Assembly (NCBI GenBank): GCA_963758525.1
Contig: CAVWVQ010000003.1
Span: 1,248,001 to 1,312,000 of the forward strand
From: an uncultured Phycisphaerales bacterium
Lineage (GTDB): Bacteria; Planctomycetota; Phycisphaerae; Tepidisphaerales; Tepidisphaeraceae
Direction: 5' to 3'
Length of the DNA stretch: 64,000 nt
Below the pieces are notes generated by a model. That model worked only from the letters and a program-made list of their open reading frames with translations, made no database searches and had not been told where the DNA came from. How positions within the stretch are numbered: position 1 is the stretch's first letter; the number at the start of each line of letters is the position of its first letter. Positions 10,981 through 22,054 of this stretch are shown here, in pieces. A program made the translations under genes and the position numbers.

Positions 10981-11053
10981 TCTAGCCAAGAGATGCGGGT
11001 CGGCGGTGCGTCGACCCCTATCCATTATCAGAGCGTCTTCAGAGAAATTTATC

Positions 11054-11365
11054 ATGAAAACAGCGATTCTGCTTTGTTGCTCTGCCGTCATTGGTTTCGG
11101 GTCGATCGGCTGCTCCAACGCGCAGTACGGCAGCGGATCGACGACGAATGATGGCTCGTACGGTACGCCCAGCACTGCCGGCAGTACGATTCCAGGCAGC
11201 GAGAACACAAACTCGAATGCATCCGCGGCGACGCCGCGAGATCCAAACCAGGCTGGGGCGCCGCAGGGGATCAATCCAAGCGCGGGCACCAGCAATGGAC
11301 CCACCGGCTATACGGGTCAGAGCACCAACAACAACCAAAACAATGCGATATCGCCGACCAAGTGA
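11054..11365 (+). CDS. Small low-complexity lipoprotein
   Basis: MKTAILL...SIGC lipobox; S/T/N/G-rich mature part. Confidence 0.7.
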   Translation: MKTAILLCCSAVIGFGSIGCSNAQYGSGSTTNDGSYGTPSTAGSTIPGSENTNSNASAATPRDPNQAGAPQGINPSAGTSNGPTGYTGQSTNNNQNNAISPTK

Positions 11366-11392
11366 AGGGGCGTGCCGCAAGGTGGAATCGAT

Positions 11393-11611
11393 ATGAAACT
11401 TCGATCGCTTACCACGGGCTTTGCATACGCCACCGCGATGCTATTGCTCGGCTGCGCCCATGAGCGGGTGGCGCCGTCTGACGGGCCCGGAGCCAGCGGA
11501 CCCGGCCCCACGCAGAACGCCTACGACCAGCCAGGCGCACTCCCCGCCAGCAGTGGGGGGACGGACGCCGGGCGCATCGGGCCGGACGCGCGCAATCAGC
11601 CTGTGCGATAG
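11393..11611 (+). CDS. Small lipoprotein
   Basis: MKLRS...LLLGC lipobox; RBS-like AAGGTGGA upstream. Confidence 0.65.
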   Translation: MKLRSLTTGFAYATAMLLLGCAHERVAPSDGPGASGPGPTQNAYDQPGALPASSGGTDAGRIGPDARNQPVR

Positions 11612-11692
11612 GTTCGCGCGGTGCAACTTCAAGCGCGCGTGTCAGGTTGCCCCACTGCACACCGCCACGCCGAGCCTCTGTGACGCAACTGC

Positions 11693-11747
11693 GTAGCACG
11701 GCCGTCTCGGCTGTGGCCCAAAATCACAGCCGAGACGGCTGTGCTAC
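11693..11747. repeat. GTAG-tagged REP doublet (REPIN-like)
   Basis: GTAGCACGGCCGTCTCGGCTGTG ... CACAGCCGAGACGGCTGTGCTAC between convergent genes. Confidence 0.85.
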
Positions 11748-12265
11748 AAGGGAATCCGCTGCAACCGCTTCACCATCTGATAGTGCGGCCCCGCGGTGGG
11801 GATTTCGAATTGCTCTGAGACGATCTGCCAGCCGAGCCGCTGATAGAACTTGGCGGCTGGCACGCGTGCATTGCACCACAGGAGATGCACGGAGTGACTG
11901 TTGAACACATCCGATTCAACAAACGCCAGGATAGCACGTCCCACTCCGCTACCGCGGAAATCCGGTGCGGTGGCCATGCCCCGCAACTGCCAGGCTGGCT
12001 CGTCGAGCCAATGGTTCAAGTGAAGCGTTGCGCAGCCGACGTTGCGGTTGTCAGCAAAGGCGCCGTAGTGACGGGAGGTCGGCTCGTAGTCCCCGTCAAA
12101 GACCGCCGCCTCCGGCGGAAGGCCGGCGCGAAGCACGTCGTAGCGCAATTGCAGAATCTCATCGAATCTTGCGGCGCGGATTGCGGGCGCGGTCTGAGCG
12201 ACGGGACGAGAGACCGAAGTATTGCCGATTCCCGCAACGCCCTGGTCGGTCTGGTCGGTCATCAT
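11744..12265 (-). CDS. GNAT family N-acetyltransferase
   Basis: QLRGMATAPDFRGSGVG acetyl-CoA motif; WCNAR..A.KFY..LGW. Confidence 0.88.
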   Translation of the reverse strand: MMTDQTDQGVAGIGNTSVSRPVAQTAPAIRAARFDEILQLRYDVLRAGLPPEAAVFDGDYEPTSRHYGAFADNRNVGCATLHLNHWLDEPAWQLRGMATAPDFRGSGVGRAILAFVESDVFNSHSVHLLWCNARVPAAKFYQRLGWQIVSEQFEIPTAGPHYQMVKRLQRIPL

Positions 12266-13200
12266 TTCCCGCCTTGGGCTGCGGGAACTTCGGCGGGGGC
12301 CGTTGTCGGGCCAGTCGTGGCGGGCGCCTTCATATCCCAGGCGACCCGCCAGGTTGTTTTGCCCGTCGGCTTGAAGCCCATCGTCTCCAGGCGTTCCGAC
12401 ATGTCGGCCAGATGAGCCGCGCCGTAGAAAATTCCGATGTTCTTTTTCCCCGCGTCGATCGTGTCCTGAAGAACAGACAGCGCCTTCTTATTGCGCTCGG
12501 TGATGATCACCGAGCCATCGGGACCGGTGAGTCCCGACATCTGATCTTCAATATCACCGAATTGCTGCGCGATCATCAGCTTCATCTGCCGTGCTCGATC
12601 CGGCGCTTGCAGCATGATGACGAGGTCGATCAGGCCGAAGTCTTTCCCCTTGTTCGCGGCCGCGCTCTGCTGGGCCATGCTATGCAGCATGGACTGGAGC
12701 ATGATCGTGAGCATCGACTCGCCGCGCTGCGTCTGCAGAGAAGTGAAAGTCTCCCAGTCCAGATCGGCATGAACGAAATTGGCGGCGGTGTAGTCGACGT
12801 CGTCCAGTTGATAGTCGAGTTTGAGAACATCTTTCATCCAATGCTGGAACATGCCGATCGCGCTGACCGAAGTCTCGCCGGGATGGGGAACCCCGGCGCC
12901 ACGCGGCTTGACCATTTCATAGAGCAGCGCGTCAAGATGCTTAAAGTCGTCATTCAGCTCGTGATAATAAGCCGGCTCGGCTACGTGCACCGCCCCGATC
13001 AGGTGCACGGTCACCCCAGCATCATTCCGGTATTCCACTTCAGCGGTTTGGAGCGTGCCGCCTCCCTTTCCATCGTCCACAAAGCGAAGAAATTCCCCCG
13101 TCCGGTTCGCCGGCGCCGTCGTCGGCACATCTGCCCGAACCGGGCAGCAAACACATGCCACCAACATGGCCCAGCACGCGAGAAAAGGCGTTCGGTTCAT
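12262..13200 (-). CDS. Secreted TraB/GumN-like protein
   Basis: Signal peptide; LIGAVHVAE..YY, LLYE, ERN...IFYGAAHL motifs. Confidence 0.65.
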   Translation of the reverse strand: MNRTPFLACWAMLVACVCCPVRADVPTTAPANRTGEFLRFVDDGKGGGTLQTAEVEYRNDAGVTVHLIGAVHVAEPAYYHELNDDFKHLDALLYEMVKPRGAGVPHPGETSVSAIGMFQHWMKDVLKLDYQLDDVDYTAANFVHADLDWETFTSLQTQRGESMLTIMLQSMLHSMAQQSAAANKGKDFGLIDLVIMLQAPDRARQMKLMIAQQFGDIEDQMSGLTGPDGSVIITERNKKALSVLQDTIDAGKKNIGIFYGAAHLADMSERLETMGFKPTGKTTWRVAWDMKAPATTGPTTAPAEVPAAQGGK

Positions 13201-13512
13201 AAAATGCAACCTGTCGTTAAGAAACGAGCGATGTTCATTTTCCCGTCGATACGCCACGCGTCAAGCGGAGCGGCGGGACCAAAGGAGTTGCAGTGTTCAT
13301 ATCGAAAGTTTTCTAAGACGACCGAGCCGCCCGACAATTTGCTCGTCACGATGCGGCATGTTCGGCGAAGAGCGATTGCCCTCGTCTGAATAATAGAATT
13401 CGATCGTCCCGTTATCGCCTCACGAGCACCGAGCCACGGCGCCTCAAAGTCCGCAGCATTCACCCATCGGACACTGTGATTGGGCCTCTGATGGCCGCGT
13501 CTAGTCCCTGGC

Positions 13513-13665
13513 TTATGGCGGCGGATAGACTGCAAACCCCAGCCGAAGAGCCGCCTCGCGAAGCCGCTTGTCAGTGGCGACAATGTCCGACTCGCGAGCA
13601 ACCAACGCAGTGGCAAGATGAATCGCATCCAAAGTGCGCAAGCAGGAAGTGTCCCAGTACGCCAT
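13513..13665 (-). pseudogene. vapC: Internally deleted VapC/PIN toxin (50 aa)
   Basis: Not in ORF track; MAYWDTSCL joined directly to RTLDAIHLATAL...ATDKRLREAALRLGFAVYP; TAATG overlap with the upstream antitoxin. Confidence 0.8.
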
Positions 13666-13892
13666 TACTCTTCCCGCAACTCGTCGAGAATCTGCTCACC
13701 GCTGACGCCGGGCGTTCCCGACCCGATCGAAGCGCGAAGCTCATCGAGTCGACTCATCCAGGCGTCCCGCAATCCCGAGCCCCCCGCGGTGCGCCGGCGG
13801 CGGAGGCTTTGCTCCAGATGGCGCAGTAATTCTTCCTGCTCCGCCAATGGCAGGCGATCGACAACCGTCTCCAATTCGGAAAGGGTGTGCAT
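13665..13892 (-). CDS. Putative VapB-type antitoxin (75 aa)
   Basis: Small helical protein ending EQILDELREE; stop overlaps PIN gene start. Confidence 0.7.
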   Translation of the reverse strand: MHTLSELETVVDRLPLAEQEELLRHLEQSLRRRRTAGGSGLRDAWMSRLDELRASIGSGTPGVSGEQILDELREE

Positions 13893-14044
13893 GAGAGAAC
13901 GATATCGCCCGGACGCCAGGGCGGCAAATTCCAAGCGGAATAGTGCGGCGGAAGCGCGACGGATTCTCGGTTTACAGTAGCCGCGCGAGCTGGCTCTTGG
14001 GGCTGCGTGCCGTCTGCAAGACCGCGAGCAAGCTCGGACCAGCT

Positions 14045-14911
14045 CTATGAAACGGACGTCTGCTTCCACTTATAGGCGTGCGGCTCGAAACGCTTGAAGC
14101 TCTTGCGGCCGGCGAATTGTTCGCCGATCGTCGAAATGGTCCGACTCGCGGCTTCGTACTCGGGTGAGTGAATGTGCTGGTATCCGGTGGTCGTAATCAC
14201 GCTGCACCAGCTTGGATCGCTGGCCCAGTCCTTCGGCCCTTTTTCGACGGTGCATGACACACCCGATTTGACCAGGAAATCGCGCGCCTCGGCAGCCAGC
14301 TTCTCGTTGGGATAACTCTGAACGAGAATGTAGTTCAACCCGATGCTGCGAGCCGGGTTGGTATCGATGCCGTTGCTCGACGCGGGAACAGCCATCGCTT
14401 CGCTCGACCGCCGTGGCACGGTCTGAGCCGGGGGACGCTCTGCCGTCGTTCCGCTCTCGGTGCTTCTTGGGGCCACGTCCAACGCCCCGGGCGTTGGCGG
14501 CATCTGCCGGAGGTCCTCGGTCGACGCCGCGGCATACGTCGGCAATGGTCCGCCGGCAATGTGGCGGCCCACGGCGTAGGCGAGCGCCAGCGCCACCAGC
14601 AGCGTAAAGGCGCAGAGGATGGCCGTGGCATAGCGAAGGCGAAGCGTGATCTCCTGGCGATCGCGGTCGATGCTGAACTGCACCGCCGCGGGTCCGACCG
14701 GCCGATCGCTGTGTGAGACGGCGCTGGCTGCGGCAACTACAGGAATCGCAGAAGGAGTGACCGCGGCGGCGGCTGCCGGGAATGCCGATGGCGTTGCGCG
14801 AAACTTGCTCTTAAACCACCACATCGGCGTGCGCAGCGCGCCGCTGGAGCCCGAGCGTTGGCCGCTGTGAATCACTTCGAATAACGCGGTGGAAGGTTTG
14901 CGAGTGGCCAT
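14045..14911 (-). CDS. Single-pass membrane protein with SPOR-like C-terminal domain
   Basis: One TM (YATAILCAFTLLVALALAYAVG), Pro/Ala linker, YILVQSYPNEKLAAEARDFL..SG. Confidence 0.55.
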   Translation of the reverse strand: MATRKPSTALFEVIHSGQRSGSSGALRTPMWWFKSKFRATPSAFPAAAAAVTPSAIPVVAAASAVSHSDRPVGPAAVQFSIDRDRQEITLRLRYATAILCAFTLLVALALAYAVGRHIAGGPLPTYAAASTEDLRQMPPTPGALDVAPRSTESGTTAERPPAQTVPRRSSEAMAVPASSNGIDTNPARSIGLNYILVQSYPNEKLAAEARDFLVKSGVSCTVEKGPKDWASDPSWCSVITTTGYQHIHSPEYEAASRTISTIGEQFAGRKSFKRFEPHAYKWKQTSVS

Positions 14912-15183
14912 CCTTGACCTCAAATTTCCGTCTCACGGCGACATCTTGATGCCGTTACGACAAAAGACACCCTGATGACGACTCTCCGAGCCGCATCGCG
15001 GAGTGTGACCAAGTTAAAATAGGGGTTGCGCCGCGTGCGGTCAAGTTTGACGCCAACAGTTCACGCCAACGCGGTTCGACCGTTGGGTGCGTGACACCTT
15101 CCGCGGGGCTGATCTTTCCCTGCCCCTGGTACTGCCAGGGGAGGGAAGAGAGGTGCCCGTCCCGCGGTTCCGAAATCCCCAAT

Positions 15184-15331
15184 GCGTGCGCAGCACCCCA
15201 AACCTTTAGCCGCCTCGCTCGCGAGGTGTGTCCAGTTGCGCGGTTGTCGCAAACCGCGCCAAGCTGAGCTTCCGCGCCCCTGGACGCGCCTCGCAAGCGA
15301 GGCGGCTAAAGGTTTGGAGTGCTGCGCACGC
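15184..15331. repeat. 52-bp inverted repeat (4 mismatches), TTAG-tagged palindrome in each arm
   Basis: 15184-15235 vs reverse complement of 15280-15331. Confidence 0.85.
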
Positions 15332-15365
15332 GGGAAGGACCGGACGTTGGTCCCCTCGCGGAATT

Positions 15366-17050
<1,685 letters not shown>

Positions 17051-17198
17051 ATCGCGTCGCTGGCTGGATGTGCCTGGGGTAAGGCAGAGGCAATCATCGT
17101 ACGCTTGAGTGATGAATCTGAACCGCCTATGGAATTGAACTGCTGAACGCAAACGGAAAGTGTGGCGAAGCAACCTGCCCGCAGGTAGAATTCGCCCA

Positions 17199-17468
17199 AT
17201 GACCTACCGGGATCTGATCAACAAGCTGCACGATCAGCCCTTCCAGCCATTCCGGGTCCGGCTGTCCAATTCGTCCGCTATCGACATACTTGATCCGAAC
17301 GCCGTCGTAGTGGGTCCCAGCAGCGCGATCATGCCACTCGAATCGTCGTGGGATGATCAGGGGTATTATATCGTGACACGATGGAAGACGGTGGCGCTCT
17401 CGCACATCGTGGAGTTCATCGACATCGATCCGCCAAAGTCTTCTTCCAAGCGGAAGCGCGCGTCGTAG
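17199..17468 (+). CDS. Small hypothetical protein (PFxPF motif)
   Basis: 89-aa ORF; TAGAAT 7 nt before ATG. Confidence 0.65.
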   Translation: MTYRDLINKLHDQPFQPFRVRLSNSSAIDILDPNAVVVGPSSAIMPLESSWDDQGYYIVTRWKTVALSHIVEFIDIDPPKSSSKRKRAS

Positions 17469-17476
17469 CTCGGTAT

Positions 17477-17555
17477 GCAGGGCGGGATTCAACCTATTCA
17501 TCTTGGCGGAGTTCGCGGTGATGCGAAAAGGTCGACGGAATAAATCCCGCCCTGC
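17477..17555. repeat. Degenerate doublet of the GTAGGGCGGGATTCATCCCGCC REP family
   Basis: GCAGGGCGGGATT ... AATCCCGCCCTGC between convergent genes. Confidence 0.7.
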
Positions 17556-18839
17556 TCAATCTCTTCCAAACAGAATACCAACGACGGACATCCCGGCACC
17601 AAGGGCGCAACTGAGCATCGGTGCGGTCAACTTCCCAAATCCCGGAATCCATCGACTTCCCACGACCATCACCGCGGCGCCGGAGGCCGGCCCGTCAGCA
17701 GGTCGTAGAGCGTGCAGCCGAGCGAATAAATGTCGGCGCGTCCATCCACATGAGCCGCGTCGCGCGCCTGTTCCGGCGCCATGTAGGCCGGTGTGCCCAT
17801 CGACATGTCAAAGCCGGTGCTGTTGATGGACTGCGCCTGTTCGAGCTTGCTGGTCCCTTTGGCACCGGCGGCGAGATTGCCGCCGGGGATTTCGCTGAGC
17901 CCTCGTTTTTTCACCAGGCCCAGATCGGCGACTTTCACGATTCCCTGCGTGTTGAGCAGGAGGTTTTCGGGCTTCACGTCGCGGTGAATCAGGCCCTGGT
18001 CGTGGGCGAATTTCAGTCCGCGGGCAGCCTGCAGCGTGTATCCCACCGCCGCCTCGGGATCGAGCTTCCCGTCTTTGGCGACGAGCCCTGAGAGAGTTTG
18101 TCCCTCGACAAATTCCATCGAATAGAAATGGCGTCCCGCGTCCTCGCCGATATCATAAACCTGCACCACGTTGTGATGCGCCAATTGAGCGGCGGCATAC
18201 GCCTCGCGGGTGAACCGGGCGACGAACCCCGCATCTTCCGCAAGCGCGGGGCTCAGCACTTTCACCGCGACATTGCGATCGAGCGACATCTGCCGCGCGA
18301 GATAAACTGACCCCATGCCTCCCTGGCCGAGCTTCCGCAGAATGTGATACCCTCCCAGCGCGGACGGCATGGCGCCGTCGTCGGCCGGCGCGGCGCGGCC
18401 TCAGGAGCTTCTTCGGCGGGTTGCGAGCGGGCCGGCCGCGCTGACGGAGATTTGGGCGGCGCGATCGGAGGCGCCGTTGCCAGCGGGACGCTGGCCGACG
18501 GCGGCGCTGCCGAGCCAGCGGCGCGAGCCGGCCGGGGAATATCCGCATTGGGCCGTGCAACGTTTGGCGGCGCGGTGACTTCCGCCACTTTTGAAGCGGA
18601 GGCGTCGGCAGCCCTTGGGGCAATGGGCGCCACTGTCGCGGCGGGCGTCGGCGGAGCTGTTGCTCCTGCCGGGGCCGCAACTGCTTTCTTCATCATTTGA
18701 CAATGGGCGCTGCACCTTCGCCCTCGGGCACAATGAGAACGAACTTCTCCTGACACTTGGGGCATTTTGGCGCAAACTGGCCCGCCCGAGCCCCTTTCAA
18801 GACGATGGTGAACGTGCAGTTCGGACAACGAATCTCCAC
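17556..18839 (-). pseudogene. Zn-ribbon Ser/Thr (Hanks) kinase, frame-broken and apparently internally deleted
   Basis: AAGGAG + GTG 18839 VEIRCPNC..CPKC; Pro/Ala linker; kinase motifs HRDVKPEN, DLG, GTPAYMAPE; stops after LTGRPP; hydrophobic tail in another frame to 17556. Confidence 0.75.
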
Positions 18840-18971
18840 AGCAACTCCTTGCCGCCGAAACCGCACCCCCTGCTTTGATGAGCCGACGTTAGCGAACTCA
18901 TCAATTACACCCGCGTTGATAGGGCAACGTCAATGTTTTTCCCATGCACCGTCACGGGTTATCCTGTGGCG

Positions 18972-20615
18972 ATGGCGAACGCAGAGCCCAAGGCGTGGCT
19001 GGTCCCGTTGTCGGGGCCGGTGCTCGCGCCGATCGAAGTTGCCGCCAATCCCGGCGGCGCGGTGCTGGGCCGGGGGGACGGTTGCCTGCTTCGGCTCCCG
19101 CCGGAAGCCGACAAAGTCTCGCGGCAACACGCTCGATTTTCTCACTCGAGTGCCGGCTGGCGGCTTGCGGATCTGGGAAGCCGCTGGGGCACGTTTCTCA
19201 ATGGCGTGAGGCTCGCGCCGCAGCGCGAAGTCCCGCTGGGTGAGGGGGACCTGCTGCGCGTCGCGCCGTGGACGTTTCACTTTTCAACCCACGGCTTGCC
19301 GCGGCGCGGGATGCTGGCCGAGGATGATGCGAGCACCTATGGCACCATGGTTCGGTCCTACGCGCCATCGGACGAAGTTGCCTCCAAGCCGCTCGCCGAA
19401 GACTTGCTGACATTGCTGTTGGAATCCGCGGCGGCGCTCCACGCCGCCGAGACGGAGCGGCGCTGGCCGAGACGCTGATCGATGTCGCGCGGCGCGGGAC
19501 GGGGCTTCCCAACGCCGCCGTCCTGCGGCCGCTGGACGCCGCGGGCCGGCTGGAGGTGATCGCGGCGCGTCAGGGGATGTCAGGGTCGGACGCCGCGCCG
19601 GGTTTCAGCAGATCGCTGATTGCCGCGGCGAGCCAGGGGTCGGTGGCGGAGCTGTCGGGCGGGTCGGGGTTCGACATTTCGCAAAGCATCGTGCAGATGG
19701 GAATCAGCTCCGCCATCTGTGTTCCGCTGATGCTGGGCGGCGCGGTGGCGGCATATCTCTATCTCGACAGCCGTCGCGGCTCTGCCGCTGCGCCCGCCGC
19801 GGGCTGAATCCGCGGCGTTTTGCCTGGCAATGGGGAGGATGGCGGGCCTTGCGCTGGCGAATCTGAAGCGCGTCGAGATTGAGAAGCGCCAGGCCGAGAT
19901 CGAGTACGATCTCTCCGCGGCCGCCAAAGCGCAGAAGTGGATTTTCCCGCAGCGCGTGACCCGGTCCGGCGCGATCACCTGCACAGGCGAGAGCCGGGCG
20001 GGCGCGTACGTGGGCGGCGATTTCTTTGACGTGATTCCGCTGGAAGAAGCGCGCGTGGCCGTGGCGCTGGGCGATGTGTCGGGCCACGGGGTGGCCGCGT
20101 CCGTGCTGATGACCGCCGCCCAGGGCTTTCTGCACGCGGTGTTGCGCAACAACCCGGACATCGCGGCGGCCGTCACCGACCTCAATCGTTTCGTCTGCCC
20201 GCGACGCGTCCCGTCCAGCTTTCTGACCTTGTGGGTCGGCGTATTCGATTTGGCGCGGAAACAACTGACGTACGTGAACGCCGGTCACGGCTACGCGATG
20301 CTCGCAGGCGCAGGCGGGAGTTTCACCATGCTGGATGGCGGTGAGGATTTCCCGATCGGGTTTGACGAAGACGCCCAATATCATTCGATCGCCGAACCGA
20401 TTCCCGCTGCCGGGCGGGCGCTGGTGATCAGCGACGGAATTGTCGAGCAAGTCGGGGCGGCGGCCGGCGAGCAATTTGGTCTGGAGCGGGTGAAGGGCGC
20501 GGTCGTTGCGGCAGGACAGGGTGATGTCATTGCAGCGATTTTCAACGCAGTCGAGAAGCACGCGCAATCCGGCAGGTTTCAGGATGACGCGACCGCGGTG
20601 ATGGTCACCTGGTGA
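18972..20615 (+). CDS. FHA-GAF-SpoIIE/PP2C phosphatase (frame breaks near 19460 and 19780)
   Basis: FHA GR..SRQHA..DLGSRWGTFLNG; GAF SAICVPL; PP2C GGDFFD, GDVSGHG, SDGIVE, QDDAT. Confidence 0.85.
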
Positions 20616-20816
20616 TTCCGTGCCCGCCACGCGCCTTTCGGGGACATCCGCAAATTTCCGGACAATACTTTGTGGTCCGGGCTTCCCCTTCGGGTCTGGG
20701 CCTCAGGGTCGAAGACAGCCTGCAATTGCAGCCGTGCAAACGCATTTTGCTCCTTCTTGCTCGGGGGTTTCGCGTACACCTCGCGACCTTCCGCGCCGAG
20801 CGTGTCGAACGAACCG

Positions 20817-21908
20817 TCACTGCACGATCTTGACCGTCGACTGCTGATGGACCGTCGTGCTGAAGGAGCCGATGTTGTTGTTCCATTGGTAGGAGTCCAT
20901 CGTCGCGAGATAAAGTCGCGTGGCGCCGGCAGGCACGACAAAGTTCTGCACGGTGCCGGCGTCGTCGCGTCCGTCCCCGATAAAGAAGATCTGCTGCAAC
21001 TGCGGCTTGAGCGTTGTGAAATTGCGTTCGGCGTCAGTGCTGAAATCCAGCGCGGGAGGCGTGGTGTTGGCCGTCGGAACGCTGTCGCTGAGGAACACAC
21101 CGATCAGGCAGTTGATCGGCGCATACACGTCGGAAATATGATTTTCCGAGCCATTGGTGTTGTTGCAGATCCATCCGGTATTGCCGTCGGCGGTGTAGCG
21201 ATTGGGGTCGGTGAAGTCGTTGGTAGCGCCGCCGTTGATCCCGTCGAAGGTCATCGTCGCCCCGGGAGCGATGGTGATTCCCGTTGCCTGCAAGGGAGAT
21301 TCCTGGGGAGCATAGTCGGGGCTGTTGTGCGGATTGTTCTGACTCGCGACGCTGCCGCTGGGCATTCCTGCCAGGAAAGGATTGTCTGTCGCCTGCACCG
21401 TATAACTGGCGGAAGCTCCGCCGGTCACCGTGGCGATCGCGGTCACGTTGATGTCGCAGGTGCTTTGACCGATCAACTGTGCGAAGACCAACGGGACGCC
21501 CGTGCCGCGCGCGGCCGTGCGGCACGCGGTCACCTTCACCGCATTGCAAACCGTCGGGTCGCTGTTGGCGGTGAACGTATGGGTGACGGTGCTCCAAATG
21601 CCAGTCTGCACGTCGCTGCTGGTCAGAACCAGCGGCGACCCGTCCACGAGATTCTGCCCTGCCACTGCGATCGCGTTGCTGCTGGCCGCCGAGGTCCCGT
21701 AGATAATGTTGCTCAGGCCCAATGCACCGAATCGCGCGGCAGCATCCGCGGCGGCATGCAGCTCGGTCTTTGCCGCCTGCACCCGGCCCAGATCGACTGC
21801 GACCGAGCAGAAACCCATCATCAGGGCCATCGTGACGGTCACCCAAATAATCACTGCGCCGCGCGATCTGCGGTGCGAACGCAAGGTTTTTCCAGGACGG
21901 GCGAACAT
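20817..21908 (-). CDS. TadG/TadE-like pilus-associated protein
   Basis: RRSRGAVIIWV prepilin-like start; AVDLGRVQAAKTELHAAADAAA Tad motif. Confidence 0.75.
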   Translation of the reverse strand: MFARPGKTLRSHRRSRGAVIIWVTVTMALMMGFCSVAVDLGRVQAAKTELHAAADAAARFGALGLSNIIYGTSAASSNAIAVAGQNLVDGSPLVLTSSDVQTGIWSTVTHTFTANSDPTVCNAVKVTACRTAARGTGVPLVFAQLIGQSTCDINVTAIATVTGGASASYTVQATDNPFLAGMPSGSVASQNNPHNSPDYAPQESPLQATGITIAPGATMTFDGINGGATNDFTDPNRYTADGNTGWICNNTNGSENHISDVYAPINCLIGVFLSDSVPTANTTPPALDFSTDAERNFTTLKPQLQQIFFIGDGRDDAGTVQNFVVPAGATRLYLATMDSYQWNNNIGSFSTTVHQQSTVKIVQ

Positions 21909-22054
21909 GAATTTCTCCAAAGAAGCCGCGTGAGCAGCGGCCAGACTCGTCGCCTCTCGCCGCCGATTCAACATCACATTCGCGCGGCAGCGAGGCAAGT
22001 TCCGATAATGCGCAAGCGTCTGGCCCGGCAATCCGGTTTGGCTAAAATCCTCTC

